From: Leucoraja erinacea
Taxonomy: Eukaryota
DNA length: 64,000 bases
Direction: 5' to 3'
Assembly (NCBI RefSeq): GCF_028641065.1
Contig: NC_073396.1
Coordinates: 20,584,001 to 20,648,000 of the forward strand
Positions 1 through 10,412 of this stretch are shown here, piece after piece. Made by a program: the position numbers and the translations under genes. Position 1 is the stretch's first letter. Each line of letters starts with the position of its first letter. The notes under the pieces were generated by a model that saw only the letters and a list, made by a program, of their open reading frames with translations, was not told where the DNA came from and did not search any database.

Positions 1-465
1 GGTTGGACAAACGGATTGTTTTCTCTGGAATGCTGGAGGCCGAGGGGAGACCTGATAGGTGTATACAATTATGAGGCATAGATAAGGTAGACAATCAGAA
101 CCTTTTTACCAAGGTGGAAATGTCAAAAGTCTTTTACCCAGAGTAGGGGAATCAAGAAACAGAGGACATAGATTTAATGTGAGAGGGGAAAGATTTAATA
201 AGAATCCAAGGGGCAATATTTTCACACCGAGGTTTGTCGGAGGAGGTAGTAGAGGCAGGTCCTGTAACACCATTTAAAATACTTTTGGACAGGTACATGG
301 ATAGGATAGGTTTAGAAGGATATGGGCCAAAAGTGGGGCAGGTGGGACTAGTGTACATGGGGCATATTGGTCGGCATAGGCATGTTGGGCTGAGGGGCCT
401 GTTTTGTGCTGTAAGAATCTAAAGGGCATAGCTTTAAGATGAGAGGGATAAAGTTTATAGGAGGT

Positions 466-929
466 GTGCAGGAGAAGCTGAGGCCGGAGGGACAAGCTGA
501 GGCTGGAGCCTCATAGGTTGAAGCCTCGTGGGTTGAAGCCCCATTCTCCAAAGATGCTGCCTTCGTGAGTCGACGAAGCCCGCGGCCAACGGAGTCTGCG
601 GAACCCGCGCCTGGGGACTGGGTCGGAGGCATCTGGAATGGACCCGGTAACGATAGTGGAGAAGTCGGTACAGGCGGTCGATGATGACGCCGACCGACAG
701 ATGAGGACGGACACACGGAAGTCAGTACGTCACTGCTGGGGGAAGGAACAAAGGAGGGAAGAACAATGGGGAACCTGGCGTGGGGGGGTCGCCGTGAGGG
801 AGGGAGGAGTGAGAACAAAGCGGGATCTGCCGCGAGGGTACTTTGTAACTTTGTAAGTGTCCTTTATGGGTGACTATTTGCATACTGTGACTTGTCACAT
901 GTGACAATAAAGTATTCAATTCAATTCAA
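466..929 (+). mobile_element. GC-rich retroposon with a gtgacaataaa + (ATTCA)n tail, inserted into an old CR1 fragment
   Basis: Interrupts CR1 3' sequence; ends aataaagtattcaattcaattcaa; a similar tail occurs on the - strand at ~14450. Confidence 0.55.
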
Positions 930-3194
930 GTAATTTGCACACAGAGTGGGAGGTGCCTGGAACATGCTGCTTGGTGGTGGTGGAGGCAGACATGATATTA
1001 AGATGCTTTTGGATAGACACACGGATATGCAAGGAATGGAAGGAGATGGATTACGTATCCATATGCCTCATAATTTTATACACTTCTATCATTTGCCTGC
1101 AGTTGGGCACTTATGCCTCGTGTAATATTTGTAGGTTAATTGGCTTAGTAAATGTAAAAAAAAATTGTCCCTAGTGGGTGTAGGATAGTGATAATGTGCG
1201 GGGATCGCTGGTTGGCATGGACCCCGTGGGCCAAAAGGGCCTGTTTCTGCGCTGTATCCCTAAACTAAACTAATCGAGAGGGCTGGTTTGATAAATTCAG
1301 GTACGAACACAGTGTTCTGTTGTACTTTATCCTTTGAGTCGCAGTCAGATAGACCCTCCACCCACACCAAGCGGCACGCGGCGATCTGGACGTGATTTTT
1401 AATCTCTGGTTTTTGGCGCCTGGCATTCAATGGATCTAGGTATCCTGGCATTCATAGGATGGAATGGAGATGACGGACTGAAGGGCCTGTGTCCATGTTG
1501 TATAACTATGACACCATGGGGCCATGGACACAGGGATTGTAAGACCTTGTACACACAGCTGAGAATTGTAGACACAAGGTACAGCTGGTGCTGATTTTTT
1601 TTTTAAAAGGAAGTACTGGATTAACTCAACAGGTCACGCAGCATCTCTGGAGAACATGGACAGGTAACGTTTGGGTCAAGGTCCTTCAGGCCAATTGTGC
1701 TGGTGGGGAGGGGGGGGAGGAGAAAGCTGAAAGGGAGGACAAAGCCTGGCAAGTGGTACAAGCAGAGATTTGTGTTGTCAAAAAAGATTTCCTTTCACAC
1801 TTTATTGGTTTGTTTGTCTCCATCTTCATTTCCTTGGTTTAGAGATAGACTGAAGGAAAAATTTGACCAGTTACACGATTCATAATGTGGAAGAAGGAAC
1901 TGCAGATGCTGGTTTAAACCGAAGGTAGGCGCAAAAAGCTGGAGTAACACAGCGGGACAGACAACATCTCTGGAGAGAAGGAATGGGTGACGTTTCGGGT
2001 CGAGACCCTTCTTCATGAAGCATGATACAGGGACATCCAAAATCGCTACAGTAAACCTCACTGAGGAAATGTGCAGAGGCTGACACCTCCTGGCTCCACA
2101 TTGATACTACACACGAACGAAGGTCAAAACACAACGTGTTTATAAGGAGAATGCTGGAGTTACTCAACCGGTCAGGTAGCATCAAAGATCTTTGGGCAGC
2201 ATCTCTGGAGGAAAGGAGTAGGTGACGTTTTGGGTGCGAGTTCTGCAACACCCTCTCACTGTTCCACCCTCTGTGATTCTGATTTGTTCTGTGCTTTTTC
2301 ATACCTCTAGTTTCTACTTTCCCCTGACTGTCCGAAGAAGGGTCACCTATGCCTTTTCTCCAAAGATGCTGCCTGTCCCGCTGATTTACTCCAGCATTTT
2401 GTCTCTATCTTCGGAGTAAACCAGCATCTGCAGTTCCATCCTACACATAAATTGTTTAGTTTGGAGATACAGCAATGAAATAGGCCTTTTGGCCCACTGA
2501 GTCGATGCCAACGATCGATTGCCTGTTCATACTTGTTCTCTGTTATCCCACTTTCTCATCCACTCCCTGCACACAAGGGAAATTTAAAGAGGCTAATTAA
2601 AGTACAAACTGGCATGTCTTTGGGATGTGGGAGGAAACCGGAGCACCCGGGGAAGAGTCAAGACTGTTTTATTGTCATATGTCCTGAAACAAAACAATGA
2701 CATTGTAATTTGCAGCAGCATCACAGATATGTGAACATAGTAGTCTATAAAACTTGGAATAAACAACTAAAGTTCAGAATATATATATATATAACACAAA
2801 CAATAATAGTGCAGACACAAACAATGCCCCCAAGTCCCTGTAGTTTGGAGCTTATTTGGAGGTTGTAATGTTTAATAGCCTGAGGTTGTTGGGAAGAAAC
2901 TGCTCCTAAATGAAGTGTGTGTGCGCGCGCGCGCGCACAGTCCCGGCCGCCACAGGGAGGTGGCGGTGGTGGAGAGGTTGTGTTTAAGAAGGAACTGCAG
3001 ATGCTGGAAAATCGAAGGTAGACAAAAATGCTGGAGAAACTCAGCGGGTGCAGCAGCATCTATGGAGCGAAGGAAATAGGTAACGTTTCAGGCCGAAACC
3101 CACCGGCTGTGGTGGGGGGAGGAGGAGGGAGGAGTCATGGAGGGAGGAGGAGTCAGGGACACGCGGGTTCGGACGGGGGGGGGGGGGGAGGCCA

Positions 3195-3251
3195 TGGCGC
3201 GCGCTGCACTTCCGGCTCCGGGAAGAGTTTGTGGAGACGGAACCGCGGGAG
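3195..3251 (+). promoter_or_regulatory. Candidate CpG-rich promoter or non-coding first exon of MFSD13
   Basis: CpG cluster with ETS/GABP-type CACTTCCGG and a CCGGGAAG site; possible donor GAG|gtggga at 3251/3252; coding exon 1 is preceded by an acceptor-like tract. Inference only. Confidence 0.35.
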
Positions 3252-3299
3252 GTGGGAGAGAGAGTGAGTGAGTGTGGAGGGGCGGAGAGAGGAGAGGAG

Positions 3300-4060
3300 A
3301 GTGTGGGGGGTGGGGGGTGGGGCTGGGGGGGGGGTGGGGGATGGGGCTGGGGGGGGAATGGGGGCGGTGTGGGGGATGGGGCTGGGGGGGGTGGGGGCGG
3401 TGTGGGGGATGGGGCTGGGGGGGGAATGGGGGGCGGTGTGGGGGGGGATGGGGCTGGGGGGGGGCTGGGGGCGGTGTGGGGGATGGGGCTGGGGGGGGAG
3501 TGGGGGCGGGTGTGGGGGGGGGGGCTGGGGGGGGGGGGGGGGGGCGGTGTGGGGGATGGGGCTGGGGGGGGAGTGGGGGGGCGGTGTGGGGGGTGGGGGA
3601 TGGGGCTGGGGGGGGGGTGGGGGGGTGTGTGGGGGGGGGGCTGGGGGGGGGGAGTGGGGGCGGTGTGGGGGGGGGGGCTGTGGGGGGGGGGTGGGGGCGG
3701 TGTGGGGGGGGATGGGGCTGGGGGGGGGTGGGGGGGCGGGTGGGGAGTGGGGGGGGGGGGGGCTGGGGGGGGGGGGGAGTGTGGGGGGGGGGAGGGGGGA
3801 TGGGGCTGGGGGGGGGGGATGGGGGCGGTGTGGGGGATGGGGCTGGGGGGGGGAATGGGGGGCAGTGGGGGATGGGGCTGGGGGGGGGGGATGGGGCAGT
3901 GGGGGATGGGGCTGGGGGGGGGGTGTGGGGGATGGGGGGATGGGGCTGGGGGGGGAGTGGGGGATGGGGGCGGTGTGGGGGGATGGGGCTGGGGGGGGTG
4001 GGAGTGGGGGCAGTGTGGGGGATGGGAGGGGAGTGGGCTGGTTGGGGGGGGTGGAGTAGA
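3300..4060. repeat. G-rich minisatellite (~31-33 bp unit: ggggatggggctgggggggg..gggggcggtgt)
   Basis: Directly visible tandem array; source of the spurious Gly/Pro-rich ORFs. Confidence 0.9.
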
Positions 4061-6284
4061 GGGAAGAGAGGGATGGGGGGAGAGAAGGTGGGTGTGGGGA
4101 TGAGAGTGGGAGCAGAGGGAGCGGGGGCTGGCCTGCAGGTCTGTAAGTGTGAGTGAGATACAGAGTAACTAATAGTGTGAGGGGATACAGTGTGAACGTT
4201 GACCAAATACAATGTAACCAGTGGTGAGGGGATACAGTGCTGTGGACACATGCTGGAGGTTGAGGGGAGTCCTGATAGAATTATAATCAAAAAGGGCCAC
4301 TTTTCAACATAATTGTATAAGGGGTAAGAGTGTTGTAAAAACAAGCCTGGAAGCTTTGTGTCTCAATGGGTGTTGTGTACAGGCCACCTAACAGTAGTAG
4401 TGAAGTTGGAGATGGTATCAAACAGGAAATTAGGAATGCGTGCGACAAAGGCAAAACAGTTATAATGGGTGACTTCAATCTACATATAGGTTGGGTGAAT
4501 CAAATTGGCAGGGGTGCTGGGGAAGAGGATTTATTGGAATGTATGCGGGATAGTTATCTAAATCAACATGTAGAGGAACCAACGAGAGAGCAGGCTATTT
4601 TAGACTGGGTATTGAGTAATGAGGAAGGGTTAGTTAGCAATCTTGTTGTACGTGCCCCCTTGGGCAAGAGTGACCATAATATGGTTGAGTTCTTCATTAG
4701 GATGGAGAGTGACATTGTTAATTCAGAAACAATGGTTCTGAACTTAAAGAAAGGTAACTTTGAGGGTATGAGACGTGAATTGGCCAAGATTGACTGGCAA
4801 TTAATTCTAAATGGGTTGACGGTGGATATGCTACACAATGTCACGGACTACACAATGTCACGGACAGAGTGCAGAAAATCCTCAAGGGCGAAGGTGAACA
4901 TCCGGAAATGGTAGTGCATGTCGGCACAAACGTCGGAAAGAAGGGGATGAATATTCTGCAGCGTGACTTTAGAGAGCTCGGAAAAATGTTGAAAAGCAGG
5001 ACCTCCAGGGTTGTTATCTCCAGTTTGCTTCCAGTTCCCCGTGCTGGCGAGAGCAGGAACAGGGAGATACGGGACCTGAACGTGTGGCTGAGGAACTGGT
5101 GCACGGCGCAGGGATTTAGATTCTTAGATCACTGGGATCTGTTTTGGGGTAAGGGGGAACTGTACAAAAGGGACGGATTGCATCTTAACAGGTGTGGGAC
5201 CAGCATTCTGGCAGGCAGGTTTGCCACTGCTACACGGGTGGCTTTAAACTGAATAAGGGGGGTGGGGTGTTGAATGGGACAGTGGAGGATGGAGTTAAAG
5301 GGAAAGGGTTTCTTAAATGTGTGAGCGTAGAGACCGAAGGGTGTAAAATGAGGGTAGAAGAAATAGGTAGCAAGGTGAAAAGTAAAAGTGGCAGGCAGAC
5401 AAAACCAGGGCAAAAATCAAAAAGGGCCACTTTTCAACATAATTGTATAAGGGGTAAGAGTGTTGTAAAAACAAGCCTGAAGACTTTGTGTCTCAATGCA
5501 AGGGGCATTCGTAATAAGGTGGATGAGTTGAATGTGCAGATAGCTATTAATGACTATGATATAGTTGGGATCACGGAGACATGGCTCCAGGGTGACCAAG
5601 GCTGGGAGCTGAACATCCAGGGATATTCAATATTCAGGAGGGATAGACAGAAAGGAAAAGGAGGTGGGGTAGCCTTACTGATTAGAGAGGGATTAATGCA
5701 ATGGAAAGGAAGGACATTAGTTTGGAGGATGTGGAATCGGTATGGGTAGAGCTGCAAAACACTAAGGGGCAGAAAACGCTGGTGGGTGTTGTGTACAGGC
5801 CACCTAACAGTAGTAGTGAAGTTGGAGATGGTATCAAACAGGAAATTAGGAATGCGTGCGACAAAGGCAAAACAGTTATAATGGGTGACTTCAATCTACA
5901 TATAGGTTGGGTGAATCAAATTGGCAGGGGTGCTGAGGAAGAGGATTTATTGGAATGTATGCGGGATAGTTATCTAAATCAACATGTAGAGGAACCAACG
6001 AGAGAGCAGGCTATTTTAGACTGGGTATTGAGTAATGAGGAAGGGTTAGTTAGCAATCTTGTTGTACGTGCCCCCTTGGGCAAGAGTGACCATAATATGG
6101 TTGAGTTCTTCATTAGGATGGAGAGTGACATTGTTAATTCAGAAACAATGGTTCTGAACTTAAAGAAAGGTAACTTTGAGGGTATGAGACGTGAATTGGC
6201 CAAGATTGACTGGCAATTAATTCTAAATGGGTTGACGGTGGATATGCTACACAATGTCACGGACTACACAATGTCACGGACAGA

Positions 6285-6671
6285 GTGCAGAAAATCCTCA
6301 AGGGCGAAGGTGAACATCCGGAAGTGGTAGTGCATGTCGGCACAAACGATGTCGGAAAGAAGGGGATGAATATTCTGCAGCGTGACTTTAGAGAGCTCGG
6401 AAAAATGTTGAAAAGCAGGACCTCCAGGGTTGTTATCTCCAGTTTGCTTCCAGTTCCCCGTGCTGGCGAGAGCAGGAACAGGGAGATACGGGACCTGAAC
6501 GTGTGGCTGAGGAACTGGTGCACGGCGCAGGGATTTAGATTCTTAGATCACTGGGATCTGTTTTGGGGTAAGGGGGAACTGTACAAAAGGGACGGATTGC
6601 ATCTTAACAGGTGTGGGACCAGCATTCTGGCAGGCAGGTTTGCCACTGCTACACGGGTGGCTTTAAACTGA
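6285..6671 (+). CDS. CR1 ORF1 C-terminal fragment (SGNH esterase-like)
   Basis: VVVHVGTND...LYKRDGLHLN; second copy at 4869-5252. Confidence 0.85.
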   Translation: MQKILKGEGEHPEVVVHVGTNDVGKKGMNILQRDFRELGKMLKSRTSRVVISSLLPVPRAGESRNREIRDLNVWLRNWCTAQGFRFLDHWDLFWGKGELYKRDGLHLNRCGTSILAGRFATATRVALN

Positions 6672-9508
6672 ATAAGGGGGGTGGGGTGTTGAATGGGACA
6701 GTGGAGGATGGAGTTAAAGGGAAAGGGTTTCTTAAATGTGTGAGCGTAGAGACCGAAGGGTGTAAAATGAGGGTAGAAGAAATAGGTAGCAAGGTGAAAA
6801 GTAAAAGTGGCAGGCAGACAAAACCAGGGCAAAAATCAAAAAGGGCCACTTTTCAACATAATTGTATAAGGGGTAAGAGTGTTGTAAAAACAAGCCTGAA
6901 GACTTTGTGTCTCAATGCAAGGGGCATTCGTAATAAGGTGGATGAGTTGAATGTGCAGATAGCTATTAATGACTATGATATAGTTGGGATCACGGAGACA
7001 TGGCTCCAGGGTGACCAAGGCTGGGAGCTGAACATCCAGGGATATTCAATATTCAGGAGGGATAGACAGAAAGGAAAAGGAGGTGGGGTAGCCTTACTGA
7101 TTAGAGAGGGGATTAATGCAATGGAAAGGAAGGACATTAGTTTGGAGGATGTGGAATCGGTATGGGTAGAGCTGCAAAACACTAAGGGGCAGAAAACGCT
7201 GGTGGGTGTTGTGTACAGGCCACCTAACAGTAGTAGTGAAGTTGGAGATGGTATCAAACAGGAAATTAGAAATGCGTGTGACAAAGGCAAAACGGTTATA
7301 ATGGGTGACTTCAATCTACATATAGATTGGGTGAATCAAATTGGCAGGGGTGCTGAGGAAGAGGATTTCTTGGAATGTATGCGGGATAGTTATCTAAATC
7401 AACATGTAGAGGAACCAACGAGAGAGCAGGCTATTTTAGACTGGGTATTGAGTAATGAGGAAGGGTTAGTTAGCAATCTTGTTGTACGTGCCCCCTTGGG
7501 CAAGAGTGACCATAATATGGTTGAGTTCTTCATTAGGATGGAGAGTGACATTGTTAATTCAGAAACAATGGTTCTGAACTTAAAGAAAGGTAACTTTGAG
7601 GGTATGAGACGTGAATTGGCCAAGATTGACTGGCAATTAATTCTAAAAGGGTTGACGGTGGATATGCAATGGAAGACATTTAAAGACTGCATGGATGAAC
7701 TACAAAAATTGTTCATCCCAGTTTGGCAAAAGAATAAATCAGGGAAGGTAGTACATCCATGGATAACAAGGGAAATCAGGGATAGTATCAAAGCGAAGGA
7801 TGATGTGTACAAATTAGCCAGAAAAAGCAGCATACCGGAGGACTGGGAGAAATTCAAAGACCAGCAGAGGAGGACAAAGGGCTTAATTAGGAAAGGAAAA
7901 ATAGATTATGAAAGAAAACTGGCAGGGAACATAAAAACTGACTGCAAAAGTTTTTATAGATATGTGAAAAGAAAGAGATTAGTTAAAACAAATGTAGGTC
8001 CCTTGCAGTCAGAAACAGGTGAGTTGATCATGGGGAACAAGGATATGGCGGACCAATTGAATAACTACTTTGGTTCCGTCTTCACTAAGGAAGACATAAA
8101 TAATTTGCCGGAAATAGCAGGGGACCGCGGGTCAAAGGAGTTGGAGGAATTGAGTGAAATCCAGGTTAGCCGGGAAGTGGTGTTGGGTAAATTGAATGGA
8201 TTAAAGGCCGATAAATCCCCAGGGCCAGATAGGCTGCATCCCAGAGTACTTAAGGAAGTAGCTCCAGAAATAGTGGATGCATTAGTAATAATCTTTCAAA
8301 ACTCTTTAGATTCTGGAGTAGTTCCTGAAGATTGGCGGGTAGCAAACGTAACCCCACTTTTTAAGAAGGGAGGGAGAGAGAAAATGGGGAATTACAGACC
8401 AGTTAGTCTAACATCGGTAGTGGGGAAACTGCTAGAGTCAGTTATTAAAGATGGGATAGCAGCACATTTGGAAAGTGGTGAAATCATTGGACAAAGTCAG
8501 CATGGATTTACGAAAGGTAAATCATGTCTGACGAATCTTATAGAATTTTTCGAGGGTGTAACTAGTAGCGTGGATAGGGGAGAACCAGTGGATGTGGTGT
8601 ATCTGGACTTCCAGAAGGCTTTCGACAAGGTCCCACATAAGAGATTAGTATACAAACTTAAAGCACAAGGCATTGGGGGTTCAGTATTGATGTGGATAGA
8701 GAAATGGCTGGCAAACAGGAAGCAAAGAGTAGGAGTAAACGGGTCCTTTTCACAATGGCAGGCAGTGACTAGTGGGGTACCCCAAGGCTCAGTACTGGGA
8801 CCCCAGCTATTTACAATATATATTAATGATCTGGATGAGGGAATTGAAGGCAATATCTCCAAGTTTGCGGATGACACTAAGCTGGGGGGCAGTGTTAGCT
8901 GTGAGGAGGATGCTAGGAGACTGCAGGGTGACTTGGATAGGCTGGGTGAGTGGGCAAATGTTTGGCAGATGCAGTATAATGTGGATAAATGTGAGGTTAT
9001 CCATTTTGGTGGCAAAAACGGGAAAGCAGACTATTATCTAAATGGTGGCCGATTGGGAAAGGGGGAGATGCAGCGAGACCTGGGTGTCATGGTACACCAG
9101 TCATTGAAGGTAGGCATGCAGGTGCAGCAGGCAGTAAAGAAAGCGAATGGTATGTTAGCTTTCATTGCAAAAGGATTTGAGTATAGGAGCAGGGAGGTTC
9201 TACTGCAGTTGTACAGGGTCTTGGTGAGACCACACCTGGAGTATTGCGTACAGTTTTGGTCTCCAAATCTGAGGAAGGACATTATTGCCATAGAGAGAGT
9301 GCAGAGACGGTTCACCAGACTGATTCGTGGGATGTCAGGACTGTCTTATGAAGAAAGACTGGATAGACTTGGTTTATACTCTCTAGAATTTAGGAGATTG
9401 AGAGGGGATCTTATAGAAACTTACAAAATTCTTAAGGGGTTGGACAGGCTAGATGCAGGAAGATTGTTCCCGATGTTGGGGAAGTCCAGGACAAGGGTCA
9501 CAGCTTAA
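6611..9508 (+). CDS. CR1 ORF2: AP endonuclease plus reverse transcriptase
   Basis: 965-aa ORF with GITETW, YRPP, MGDFN, SDH, YLDFQKAFDKVPH and FADD; C-terminus cut by a -1 homopolymer shift near 9495. Confidence 0.93.
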   Translation: MWDQHSGRQVCHCYTGGFKLNKGGGVLNGTVEDGVKGKGFLKCVSVETEGCKMRVEEIGSKVKSKSGRQTKPGQKSKRATFQHNCIRGKSVVKTSLKTLCLNARGIRNKVDELNVQIAINDYDIVGITETWLQGDQGWELNIQGYSIFRRDRQKGKGGGVALLIREGINAMERKDISLEDVESVWVELQNTKGQKTLVGVVYRPPNSSSEVGDGIKQEIRNACDKGKTVIMGDFNLHIDWVNQIGRGAEEEDFLECMRDSYLNQHVEEPTREQAILDWVLSNEEGLVSNLVVRAPLGKSDHNMVEFFIRMESDIVNSETMVLNLKKGNFEGMRRELAKIDWQLILKGLTVDMQWKTFKDCMDELQKLFIPVWQKNKSGKVVHPWITREIRDSIKAKDDVYKLARKSSIPEDWEKFKDQQRRTKGLIRKGKIDYERKLAGNIKTDCKSFYRYVKRKRLVKTNVGPLQSETGELIMGNKDMADQLNNYFGSVFTKEDINNLPEIAGDRGSKELEELSEIQVSREVVLGKLNGLKADKSPGPDRLHPRVLKEVAPEIVDALVIIFQNSLDSGVVPEDWRVANVTPLFKKGGREKMGNYRPVSLTSVVGKLLESVIKDGIAAHLESGEIIGQSQHGFTKGKSCLTNLIEFFEGVTSSVDRGEPVDVVYLDFQKAFDKVPHKRLVYKLKAQGIGGSVLMWIEKWLANRKQRVGVNGSFSQWQAVTSGVPQGSVLGPQLFTIYINDLDEGIEGNISKFADDTKLGGSVSCEEDARRLQGDLDRLGEWANVWQMQYNVDKCEVIHFGGKNGKADYYLNGGRLGKGEMQRDLGVMVHQSLKVGMQVQQAVKKANGMLAFIAKGFEYRSREVLLQLYRVLVRPHLEYCVQFWSPNLRKDIIAIERVQRRFTRLIRGMSGLSYEERLDRLGLYSLEFRRLRGDLIETYKILKGLDRLDAGRLFPMLGKSRTRVTA

Positions 9509-10262
9509 GGATAAGGGGGAAAATCCTTTAAAACCGAGATGAGAAGAACTTTTTTCACACAGAGAGTGGTGAATCTCTGGAACTCTCTGCCACAGAGGGT
9601 AGTTGAGGCCAATTCATTGGCTATATTTAAGAGGGAGTTAGATGTGGCCCTTGTGGCTAAGGGGATCAGGGGGTATGGAGAGAAGGCAGGTACGGGATAC
9701 TGAGTTGGATGATCAGCCATGATCATATTGAATGGCGATGCAGGCTCGAAGGGCCGAATGGCCTACTCCTGCACCTAATTTCTATGTTTCTATGTTTCTA
9801 TATACAATTAGAAGAGGCAATTATGAGAGACATAGATCGTGTAGACAGTGCAAACCTTTTTCTCAGGGTGGAAATGTCAAAGATAACTTTGACATTAAGA
9901 TATCAAAGGCATATATTTTAGTTGAAGGAGATGTGTGGGGCATAGCTTATAGGTGAGAGGGGCAAAGAATAAAGGAGATATGGGGGGCAAGTTTTTCTTT
10001 ACACAAAGGGTGGTGGGGGACTGGAACATGCTGCCAGCAGTGGTTTGATAGCAGTGGTTAAGAGATATTTAGTTCTGTATGTAGATATGGAGGGATTGGA
10101 TGGGAGGTGGATCACGTGCAGGCTGGGGAGAACACTTTAACTTGACATCATGTTGGGTAAAGACATTTGGACAGGTGCATGAACAGGTTTAGAGGGTTGG
10201 GCTTGGCAGGTTGAGATGTACTGTTCTGTGTTCTGTTATTCTCTTTGGTGATGCAGCAGAAG

Positions 10263-10412
10263 ATGGGCTGGCTGGGGATCCAGCAGAATGCGCTGGCTTT
10301 CTCCTTCACCACGCTGGCCGCTGGCCTCATGAACAACATCCTCAGCTTCTACTATGTCAAGCTCTTCTTAAACCGCTACAAGATTTCTGAGGGAGATTTT
10401 CAACAGGCGCAG
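10263..10412 (+). CDS. MFSD13B: MFSD13 coding exon 1
   Basis: MGWLGIQQNALAFSFTT...DFQQAQ; donor CAG|gtgagt, phase 0. Confidence 0.85.

Larger units (their letters stand above)
4285..9800 (+). mobile_element. Young CR1 LINE with an internally repeated 5' region
   Basis: ORF1 C-terminal SGNH-esterase fragments (HVGTND, DGLHLN); ORF2 with AP endonuclease and RT (GVPQGSVLGP, KFADD); 3' UTR ending in a (CTATGTTT)n tail at ~9777-9800. Confidence 0.95.

Noticed and set aside
1260-1451. 63-aa minus-strand ORF in non-repeat sequence, a possible exon of an upstream gene
   Set aside because: No recognisable homology and no convincing splice sites.
3088-4344. Long Pro-rich and Gly-rich ORFs (418, 290, 263 and 294 aa)
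   Set aside because: They arise from a G-rich minisatellite that lacks stops in every frame; there is no domain signal.
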